From Halomicronema hongdechloris C2206 (GTDB taxonomy: Bacteria; Cyanobacteriota; Cyanobacteriia; Phormidesmidales; Phormidesmidaceae): DNA of 32,000 nucleotides. Below the pieces are notes generated by a model. It was not told the origin of the DNA, ran no database searches, and was given only the letters and a program-made list of their open reading frames with translations. This document shows, piece by piece, positions 16,456-23,714 of the stretch. The position numbers and the translations under genes were made by a program. Positions within the stretch are counted from its first letter, which is position 1; the number at the start of each line of letters is the position of its first letter. The DNA lies in contig NZ_CP021983.2 of NCBI RefSeq assembly GCF_002075285.3, positions 2,520,001 to 2,552,000 of the forward strand, read 5' to 3'.

Positions 16456-17878
16456 GTACCAAGTTGGGGGCAGCCTGGCGGCAGATAATCCCACCTATAT
16501 CGAGCGCAATGCCGATGGGGCCCTCTATCGGGCCCTGGTGCAGGGGCAGTTTTGCTATGTACTGAGCTCCCGACAGATGGGCAAATCCAGCCTGCGGGTG
16601 CAGACTCGCCATCGCCTGGAAGCGTCTGGCCAGGGCCGCTGTGCTGCCATCGATATGACCCGCATCGGCAGTCATCAACTGAGTCGAGAGCAGTGGTACC
16701 AGGGACTGGCTTTCGATCTGCACCGGAAGGTCGGCAGGCGGCCCTCGGTGAATTTGCCTGCTTGGTGGCAAGGGCTAGGGGAACTGCCACCGGTGCAGAA
16801 GCTGAGTCAATTCATCGAGGAGGTGCTGCTGCAGGGTCCGTGCCAAGAGCGACTGTTTATTTTTCTAGATGAGATCGACAGTGTGAAGGGCCTCAGCTTT
16901 GCCGTAGGCGACTTCTTCGGGCTGGTGAGATTTTGCCACAATGCCCAGGCGGAACAGGGGGCCTACCGACGGCTGACCTGGGCGTTATTTGGGGTGGCCA
17001 CGCCCCGGGAGTTGGTGGCCGATGCTGGGCAGACGCCGTTTAACATTGGCCAGGGCATCACCTTGGGGGGCTTTACTCTGGCGGAGGCGGCTCCCTTGCA
17101 GTCGGGGCTTGCTGCCATTGCCCAAGCCCCCGAGGCTGTGTTAGCCCAAGTGTTGCATTGGACCGGGGGACAGCCATTCTTGACCCAGAAGCTCTGTCGG
17201 CTGCTGCAGGAGCACTACCGCCAAGTGCCGATTGCCAGGGGGACAGAGGCGATGGCGGTGGCTAAGTTGGTGCGATCGCATATCGTCCACCATTGGGAAG
17301 CCCAGGATGAGCCAGAACATCTGCGGACGATGTGCGATCGCATCCTAGGCGACGACCAACGCGCTGGCCGCCAGTTGAGCCTCTATCAGCAGCTCCTAAG
17401 CCAGGGCTACCTCAAAGCTGACGGCAGCGACGACCAAGCCCAACTGAGGCTCTCTGGCATTGCCATTGACCGGGACGGCCGGCTGCAGATCACCAATCCC
17501 ATCTACGCCGCCGTCTTCGATAGCGACTGGGTAAGTCAGCGCCTATCCGAACGGCGCCCCTACGCCGCCGCCCTCAATGCCTGGGTAGCCTCCCACTGCC
17601 AGGATGAGTCACGCCTGCTAATGGGCCAAGCCCTGCAAGAAGCCCTGGCTTGGGCCGCTCCCAAACACCTAAGCGAATTAGACTATCGCTACCTCTCTGC
17701 CAGCCAAGAATGGGATACCAAGATGGTGCGAATGGAGTTGGCCGCCCAGGAAAAGGCCAACCAAATGCTAGCCGCCGCCCAGCAAAAAGCCACCCAAATT
17801 ATCTGGTTGGGCTATCTCAGTTTAGGCACCTGTCTGGTCATTTCAGTGATTGCCTTACTCACCAGCCTGCTGAGGTGA
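16448..17878 (+). CDS. AAA-like (PF14516/AAA_35-type) ATPase with C-terminal coiled-coil and TM anchor
   Basis: Paralogous core: TYIERNADGALYRALVQGQFCYVLSSRQMGKSSL (Walker A) and LFIFLDEIDSV (Walker B). The C-terminus is ...ELAAQEKANQMLAAAQQKATQ followed by the hydrophobic IIWLGYLSLGTCLVISVIALLTSLL. The start overlaps the upstream stop (ATGTATGA, 16448-16455). Confidence 0.8.
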   Translation: MYEYQVGGSLAADNPTYIERNADGALYRALVQGQFCYVLSSRQMGKSSLRVQTRHRLEASGQGRCAAIDMTRIGSHQLSREQWYQGLAFDLHRKVGRRPSVNLPAWWQGLGELPPVQKLSQFIEEVLLQGPCQERLFIFLDEIDSVKGLSFAVGDFFGLVRFCHNAQAEQGAYRRLTWALFGVATPRELVADAGQTPFNIGQGITLGGFTLAEAAPLQSGLAAIAQAPEAVLAQVLHWTGGQPFLTQKLCRLLQEHYRQVPIARGTEAMAVAKLVRSHIVHHWEAQDEPEHLRTMCDRILGDDQRAGRQLSLYQQLLSQGYLKADGSDDQAQLRLSGIAIDRDGRLQITNPIYAAVFDSDWVSQRLSERRPYAAALNAWVASHCQDESRLLMGQALQEALAWAAPKHLSELDYRYLSASQEWDTKMVRMELAAQEKANQMLAAAQQKATQIIWLGYLSLGTCLVISVIALLTSLLR

Positions 17879-17986
17879 AGTTCAGCTGCCGCCACAGCTC
17901 GGCTCTAAGCCAACTATCAGCCAATTTTCACCTCAGCCCCGGAAAGTCGAGGGACAATATTAAAAGATAGTTAACCGGAAGTCGTC

Positions 17987-18223
17987 ATGAACTTAACCAA
18001 GTTTGACCTCAATGTCATCCCCGGATATCGTCCTTGGCTAGAAGCGCAGATTCGCCAGCTGAGTATTAAAGCCCTCAGCACCAGTACCCTCACCTGTAAT
18101 GCCTGCGGCGAAATCGCCGGTACCTACATCATCGAATACCAGGGCCAAACTTTTCGCCTACCGGGGGAAGAAGCCTATGCCTTGCTGCAGTTTGTGGTGG
18201 GCAGCACCGCGACGACAGAATAG
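17987..18223 (+). CDS. Hypothetical 78-aa protein
   Basis: ATG ORF on the same strand, 108 nt downstream of the AAA-like pair. The SD is weak (GGAAG) and I recognise no motif. Coding status uncertain. Confidence 0.35.
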   Translation: MNLTKFDLNVIPGYRPWLEAQIRQLSIKALSTSTLTCNACGEIAGTYIIEYQGQTFRLPGEEAYALLQFVVGSTATTE

Positions 18224-18380
18224 TACGCCAAGGCAGACGTAGGAAGGAAGAAGGAAGAAGGAGAAATCCCTATCAATACAACCTTCTGCTCTAAGTAATA
18301 GAGGCGTTATTGCTGCCGTAGGGTCGTTGATCCAGCTGCGGCCAAAGGCCCAATTCGCTGCCGTCTGCCCTCGAGAGATG

Positions 18381-18422
18381 GCTAACAAGACATCGCTAAC
18401 AAGACATCGCTAACAAGACATC
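18381..18422. repeat. Perfect 14-bp tandem repeat x3 (GCTAACAAGACATC)
   Basis: Read directly: copies at 18381-18394, 18395-18408 and 18409-18422. Confidence 0.95.
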
Positions 18423-18460
18423 GGGCAATTGCAGCCGCTGCTACCCAGATGGGAGACCTA

Positions 18461-18613
18461 CTAAAATGTGCCAATCAGGACTAAGAGCGTGACCGAACAG
18501 ATAAACACTAGCCCGATAGCCAAAATAGCTAACCAAGGCTCGCGATTCTTGCGGTCGAGATAGTCATTTACCTGCTTATCGTGGGGCTCAGGTCGCCAAA
18601 TCATCGGTTCCAT
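18461..18613 (-). CDS. Candidate 50-aa single-pass membrane protein (not in ORF track, <60 aa)
   Basis: Hand translation of the minus strand gives MEPMIWRPEPHDKQVNDYLDRKNREPWLAILAIGLVFICSVTLLVLIGTF-stop (TAG 18463-18461). AAGAGGA lies 6 nt upstream of ATG 18613. The layout is a charged N-terminus followed by one ~22-aa hydrophobic helix. Confidence 0.4.
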   Translation of the reverse strand: MEPMIWRPEPHDKQVNDYLDRKNREPWLAILAIGLVFICSVTLLVLIGTF

Positions 18614-19060
18614 GGTGATATCCTCTTGGGATCAGCTACTAGACATAGTGAAAGGCAGACGGAAAAAGTCAGAGGGCAGAATCAGGGTGCTTGCTAGGCA
18701 AAGAATTCGCTGATTTGGAATATCCTCATCTAACTGGCTGTGGCCATATATTCCACAAAAAATATTCAAAGAAACGCTGGTCATTGTCTTGCACGATGTA
18801 ACTATTAGTTTAATTCCCAATAATATCCATGACTGCTAATAGTCGCTGTTTCTTTATTTTTATTAAAAATAATTAGTAGTTTCATGCAGGTTAAGATCGC
18901 AGATAAAGAGCACCAGCTCTAGAAAATAATGGGTTGAGCTCATGCTTTAATCCGAGGAAATTAAGTGATCTGAACATCACAAAAACCTTTTCTGAGAGTA
19001 TACTAAACTAAGTTATGGCTGCTGTCCTAAGTAGCCAAGTAGCCCGATTCTGCCGCCGCT

Positions 19061-19162
19061 AGTCACAGATCTAGTCACAGATTGACAGAGAGTCACAGAT
19101 TGACAGAGAGTCACAGATTGACAGAGAGTCACAGATTGACAGAGAGTCACAGATTGACAGAG
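19061..19162. repeat. 18-bp tandem repeat array (AGTCACAGATTGACAGAG), 5 perfect copies plus a partial leading copy
   Basis: Perfect copies at 19073-19090, 19091-19108, 19109-19126, 19127-19144 and 19145-19162, with a partial copy at 19061-19072. Each unit holds two heptamers, TCACAGA and TGACAGA. Confidence 0.95.
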
Positions 19163-19564
19163 AAACTGAACAGAGAAAGCGCTCGCTTCAGACCCAGACC
19201 CCAGGACTGTTACCGATAGCTGTCGCTGCCTTGATTTGGAGATGGCTCCCATGACATCCAAGCAAGTTACTCCTGAGACGTCTTTATCTCCTACCTCGCT
19301 AGCAGAAATGTATGGCTTCCAACGGCATCAGGTTGCCCTTTACTGTCCGATTCTGCCGCTTGTGGATGTGCCTACTGCCGTCAAGACTCGCCGACATCTC
19401 CAACACCGCCGGTAGCTGCGGTCATTTTCTAAGGGGGCGGATGGCTGTGAGAGAATGGCAACGGACGTTGGCTAGGTAGCCTACGCGTTAGGTCAAGCGT
19501 AGAAATATCTAGCCGCTGACCGGCTAGAGTAGGACGACGTTGCTATGGTGAGGAATCGGGGGTC

Positions 19565-20188
19565 ATGAAAGTTGCCGATATCATGTCCACGCCGGTCGTG
19601 ACAATTCGCAACTCGGCAACGGTGGCTTGTGCGGTAGGACTGATGCGGCAGCAAGGGATTCAGGCCCTGATCGTAGAGCGGGCCCACGATGAGGACGCCT
19701 ATGGCATCTTGACCGCCACCGATATTGTGGCCAAAGTGGTCGCCTCTGGCCGTGATCTGGACGCTGTCCGGGTCTATGAGGTCATGAGCAAGCCTTGCAT
19801 CGTCCTCAATCCCAACCTCGGCATTGAATATGCCGCCCGCTTGCTCACCGACTATAACCTTCACTGTGCCCCGGTGATTCAGTCAACACTGCTGGGCGTC
19901 GTCTCCATTGTCGATATTCTGGAGCGGGGAGATTTTCTACAGCAATCCCTGGAAGGAAGACTCAGCCAGCAACTGCAACAACTGACAGAAACGGCCAAGA
20001 CAGTGTGTCAAACCCAAGGGGCCGATACCCCCGCCTGCAAAGCCGCCTGGGTCGCTGTAGATGCGCTGCAGGCAGAACTGGCCCACCAGCGCCAGGAAAA
20101 GCTAGAGAAAACGGCCTTTGAAGCCTACCGTGAAGTCTATCCCCAGGCCTTTGGGGATGAGGAATACGACACCTGGTGCAGCGGGTAA
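19565..20188 (+). CDS. CBS-CP12 fusion protein (CBS pair plus C-terminal CP12-like domain)
   Basis: The N-terminal ~125 aa are a CBS pair (MKVADIMSTPVVTI...; ...CAPVIQSTLLGVVSIVDIL). The C-terminus has a Cys pair, CQTQGADTPAC, followed by the AWD_VEEL-like KAAWVAVDALQAEL. This architecture is a known cyanobacterial family. Confidence 0.85.
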   Translation: MKVADIMSTPVVTIRNSATVACAVGLMRQQGIQALIVERAHDEDAYGILTATDIVAKVVASGRDLDAVRVYEVMSKPCIVLNPNLGIEYAARLLTDYNLHCAPVIQSTLLGVVSIVDILERGDFLQQSLEGRLSQQLQQLTETAKTVCQTQGADTPACKAAWVAVDALQAELAHQRQEKLEKTAFEAYREVYPQAFGDEEYDTWCSG

Positions 20189-20197
20189 GGCCGGCGA

Positions 20198-20830
20198 TCA
20201 CTGCGATCGCACCCAGGCTCGTAGTTGCTGGTCGGCGTTGACTTCATCTTGTTGGGCCAGGGCTAAAAACTCGTAAAGCTTTGATTTCGGCACGGTTGGA
20301 AAGGTGGGGCTAGCCTCCACCTCTTGGTATTGCCGCCCTTGCAACTGGTAGATTCGCCACTCGCGCCCGTTATAACGCCAAAGCTCTGGCACGCCTAGGC
20401 TGGCATAGAGCTCCAGCTTGTCGATATCGGTATGGGTGATGTCGATCTCTACCACTAGGTCTGGAGGCGGATCATGCTGCAAATCGACCTGACGACCGGC
20501 CACTAGGGGCTGATTTTGGATGTAATAAGCATTGTCCGGTTCGGGACTGCGGTTGAGATCTGCTCGCACCAGGGTAGTAGACCCCAGGGTTTTGATCTTC
20601 AGCCCCAGCTCAATCACCAAAATACGAATAAACAGTTCAATGAGGCGGGTAGCGAATTCGTGATCTTCTAGGGGCATGGTGATTTCGAGAATACCGCGAT
20701 CGTAGGTGATGCGGGCGGCGCGGCTTTGGGGTAGGGCCTGGAGAATCTGCTGGTAGGCCTGCCAGTTGAGGTGGTGAAAGGTGACGCGTTGTTCACCGAT
20801 CGCTTGGGGAGGAGATGTCGACATCACCAT
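20198..20830 (-). CDS. Uma2-family (DUF820) putative endonuclease
   Basis: Motifs: ITYDRGILEITMPLEDHEFATRLI, SPEPDNAYY, PPDLVVEIDITHT, KLELYASLGVPELW. Convergent with the CBS-CP12 gene, with only 9 nt between the stops. Confidence 0.85.
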   Translation of the reverse strand: MVMSTSPPQAIGEQRVTFHHLNWQAYQQILQALPQSRAARITYDRGILEITMPLEDHEFATRLIELFIRILVIELGLKIKTLGSTTLVRADLNRSPEPDNAYYIQNQPLVAGRQVDLQHDPPPDLVVEIDITHTDIDKLELYASLGVPELWRYNGREWRIYQLQGRQYQEVEASPTFPTVPKSKLYEFLALAQQDEVNADQQLRAWVRSQ

Positions 20831-20977
20831 AGGGCTAACTCGTATCGGGAATGGCCGGAGCAGTTGCTTGCTTAGTACTCCGCTTAGTACTCCAATGATA
20901 GAGCGCAGCGATCGTACCGCGAGTCATCTCTGGCCCAGAGGTGCGATCGCACATGCGCAATGACCCACAGGCTAAGG

Positions 20978-21730
20978 TTAAGAGCTGACTCTACCCACCT
21001 CTGACGTCGTCTGAGTCAACGCGTCTAGGGCCTTGACCACCCGTTCCTTGCTGGCCTCCAGATGGGCTTGGATGGCCGCGATGGCGGTGTCGGGGTTGCC
21101 ACTGGCGAGGGCAGCACAAATCTGACGATGCTCGTGGCAAATGTCTAGCACTTTGGGGTCGTGGCGGGTGGTTTGCACCCGCAGCAGCAGCATCTTGTCG
21201 AAGACCTGCTGGAGTAACCCCGTTAGCCAGGGATTACCTGTACTGGCGGCGATTTTGCGATGGAATTGATAGTCCAAACTCAGCAGTTGAAAGGTATTTA
21301 GGGTCGAGGCCTGTCGTTGCACGGCTCGCTCGGCTTGCAGAATCGACTGCTGCAGGTCTTCTAGAATGCTGTGGTCAGAAGCCGCTACTGGCGAGTCATC
21401 ACGCATTTTGAGGCAGGCCTCGCGCACGGCGACCTGCTCCAGGGCGATGCGACAATCGTAGAGGTGAATTGCATCTTCTACGGAGACGCTAATCACCCGC
21501 AAACCACCGCTGGGCTCAACTACGGCTAGCCCTTCCCGCTGCAGCTGGCGAAAGGCCTCCCGAATTGGGGTGCGGCTCACCTGCAATTGCTGGGCCAGTT
21601 GGGTCTCTACCAATCGCTCTGCCGGTGCCAATTCCCCCGAGAGAATACTCGTCCGCAGGGCTTGATAGGTTTGCTCGTATAACGATTCCCGTCGGGGCAG
21701 CGGATTCGAGGATAGGGCCAAGGCGATCAT
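20978..21730 (-). CDS. GntR-family transcriptional regulator (FadR/FCD-type C-terminal domain)
   Basis: Winged-HTH signature: LYEQTYQALRTSILSGELAPAERLVETQLAQQLQVSRTPIREAFRQLQREGL. It is followed by a helical C-terminal domain with His residues (FHRKI, CHEHRQI). Confidence 0.9.
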   Translation of the reverse strand: MIALALSSNPLPRRESLYEQTYQALRTSILSGELAPAERLVETQLAQQLQVSRTPIREAFRQLQREGLAVVEPSGGLRVISVSVEDAIHLYDCRIALEQVAVREACLKMRDDSPVAASDHSILEDLQQSILQAERAVQRQASTLNTFQLLSLDYQFHRKIAASTGNPWLTGLLQQVFDKMLLLRVQTTRHDPKVLDICHEHRQICAALASGNPDTAIAAIQAHLEASKERVVKALDALTQTTSEVGRVSS

Positions 21731-21799
21731 CCTTTGCTGATGCAGCTGATGCTGAGGGGCGTTGCTGATGGTAGTAAGCCAGGTTACGATGCCATCATT

Positions 21800-21812
21800 G
21801 TATACAGTATAC
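21800..21812. promoter_or_regulatory. Candidate GntR operator (GTATAC-A-GTATAC)
   Basis: The sequence gtatacagtatac lies 70-82 nt upstream of the GntR start (21730). GntR-family operators are typically GT-Nx-AC palindromes. No experimental or comparative support. Confidence 0.3.
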
Positions 21813-21913
21813 GCTCCTGACTAAGAATTCCGATGGGGGGCGGGGGCAAGGTTGTGAAGGAGATAGGTCTATGGTTACGCAGCTGGCGTCATCCTTACTT
21901 CCCCATCCCCCCA

Positions 21914-22726
21914 TTACCCCATTACTCCCCTACTCCCCCATCCCCAAAGCACTCCCCCGGTCAGCAGCAATAGCCCCAGGCCCAACCCACCAGTAAGGGG
22001 ATATCCAGGGCGTCCCACTAACCAGGTGGGACCCGTACCACTGGCGATTCCATTGCCTGTGGTATCGAGCCAGGCTAGAGCGGCGACCCAACCGCTGTGC
22101 AACCCCCAGGCCAAGCCTAGGGAGCCGCCATCGGCCCAGCGGGCCAGAATCAAGACGACTCCCATCAGGGTTAAGCCGGGTAGATTGACGATGCCGGCGG
22201 GGCCATCCCAGATCAGGTGCAGCATGGCGAAGAGACCACTTGCGATCGCAACCATTGCCCCAACGCCATAGGCTGGCTGCAGTTGATTGACCACAAAGCC
22301 GCGGAACATTAACTCTTCTACACCCCCTACCACCAGCGCTAACAGCAAGATGCCTCCCTGCAGCGGCCAAGATAAGGACGTCAAGGTCGGTCGTTGCTGC
22401 CAACCCACGCCGATTTGAACGCCATAGATGCCGAGGACTCCTGCCAGCCCCCAGCCCCAGCCCAGCATTAGCGATCGCATCAGCCCCCCCGATAACACCA
22501 AGCCATAGTCGGCAAAAGACTCCCCCCCTACACGCTGTAGCCCCCACAGCAGCAGCGGCGCTAGCCCATAGAGCGGCAACAACAAGGGGAGCCTCTGTTC
22601 AGGCGGAACCGGGTACTGCAGCGGCCAACGCCAGAGACGCCAGCACACCAGCGCTATCGGCAGCCACAGCAAAGCCCAGACCGCTAGCACCAGTAATATA
22701 GTCAGCACAGGAAATGGGGTCAGCAC
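21914..22726 (-). CDS. CPBP-family intramembrane glutamic endopeptidase (CAAX protease/Abi-like)
   Basis: Polytopic membrane protein with the motifs GGVEELMFRGFV (EExxxR) and FAMLHLIW (FxxxH). GTG start at 22726. Confidence 0.85.
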   Translation of the reverse strand: MLTPFPVLTILLVLAVWALLWLPIALVCWRLWRWPLQYPVPPEQRLPLLLPLYGLAPLLLWGLQRVGGESFADYGLVLSGGLMRSLMLGWGWGLAGVLGIYGVQIGVGWQQRPTLTSLSWPLQGGILLLALVVGGVEELMFRGFVVNQLQPAYGVGAMVAIASGLFAMLHLIWDGPAGIVNLPGLTLMGVVLILARWADGGSLGLAWGLHSGWVAALAWLDTTGNGIASGTGPTWLVGRPGYPLTGGLGLGLLLLTGGVLWGWGSRGVMG

Positions 22727-22980
22727 GCTATTAGGAGTGGGGCCTAAGTATCCAAAATCTCATCGCTGGCGGCTAGAAGCCGCGCCTATACAGAGAAAAC
22801 CCAAACCATTGTAGGCTTTCAGTGCCTATGGACCAATTCAACTCAGGGGGTGAACCCTGAGGTTTTTGCGTTGATTGTAGGCATGACGAGAGTATGTTGC
22901 TTATAGGGGTTAACCCGATCACGAACTAGGATCCCGACGACTAGATTGCTACCTCCATCAGAATCCCGAAACCGAAAACC

Positions 22981-23274
22981 CGTCATTCCAGGACAAGCGC
23001 AACGCGACCCGGAATCCAGACAGAGGGGCTATGCCAATTGCCACTATCTGGGATTACTTTCTGAGCCACTGGGGTTCGACTCCACTCACCCAGCTAAATC
23101 TTGATCACCCAGCGACAACCGCTTACCCAGCGACAACCGGTCACCGAGCGGAGTCGAGGTGACACACCACTTACCCAGCACTGCCTGGAATCCAGACAGA
23201 AGTTACGCCGTCAGCAGACAGCCTTAGGCAGAGATCCCCGAAAACTGGATTCCCGCCACCGCGGAAATGACAGG
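22981..23274. repeat. Degenerate inverted/direct repeat cluster (MITE-like scar)
   Basis: CGTCATTCC...GGAATCCAG (22981-23019) is mirrored by CTGGATTCC...GGAAATGAC (23245-23274). GGAATCCAGACAGA occurs twice in direct orientation (23011-23024, 23187-23200). ACCCAGCGACAACCG occurs twice at 18-nt period (23107-23121, 23125-23139). Confidence 0.3.
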
Positions 23275-23714
23275 AGTGAGGTCTACTCAGCAGAGTGCTC
23301 TTCTTCTCCTCCCACCGAGGGGAGCAGGGGAGGTGTCAGGGCTGTCTCATTTTAATAAAGCCCCGTCTCACTCTGAAGGCAATCGTTCTGGGTAAAAGTC
23401 AATTATTTGGGGTCAGCCCCTCATTGATGAGGGTTGAGGGGTGATCAATTGGAGTCTCACCCCCAATTGCCCAGGCTCTGAGGGCGTCAGTTTGCCTACG
23501 GAGCCAACCGTCTATCGTGGCCGATAGCGGCAGCCATCATGGTTAAGACACCGTTGTCGAAGGGCGACCGAAATGCCCTATGCAAATTGATTGCAGCCAT
23601 ATCTGTCGCGGTGGCCGATAAAAAAGTCTCGAGTCTTGAGCCACTTTATGAAATCTTTGCCAGGATCAGGGGAAGACTGATCCCTAATGTGAAGTCCTCA
23701 GCGTCTCGGTCCCT

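Noticed and set aside
19061-19162. Possible CRISPR array
   Set aside because: The repeats are contiguous with no spacers, the unit is only 18 bp, and there are no cas genes in the window.
19013-19261. 82-aa minus-strand ORF containing CQSVTL x5
   Set aside because: The repeat peptide is simply the translation of the 18-bp tandem DNA repeat. The ORF starts at TTG with no SD, and perfect DNA-level copies in an otherwise non-coding AT-rich spacer are better explained as a non-coding array.
19242-19415. 57-aa plus-strand ORF (MAPMTSKQVTPETSL...) upstream of CBS-CP12
   Set aside because: GGAG lies directly against the ATG, which is poor spacing. There is no motif and no hydrophobic or structural signature. 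It cannot be supported without conservation data.
23071-23083. tRNA-like T-loop motif GGGGTTCGACTCC next to the island-like polysaccharide block (possible tRNA or att remnant)
   Set aside because: The flanking T-stem pairs at only 3 of 5 positions. The only candidate acceptor 5' strand (CTGGGAT near 23048) is too close and mismatched, and no D or anticodon arms can be drawn. It is most likely chance or a very short relic.
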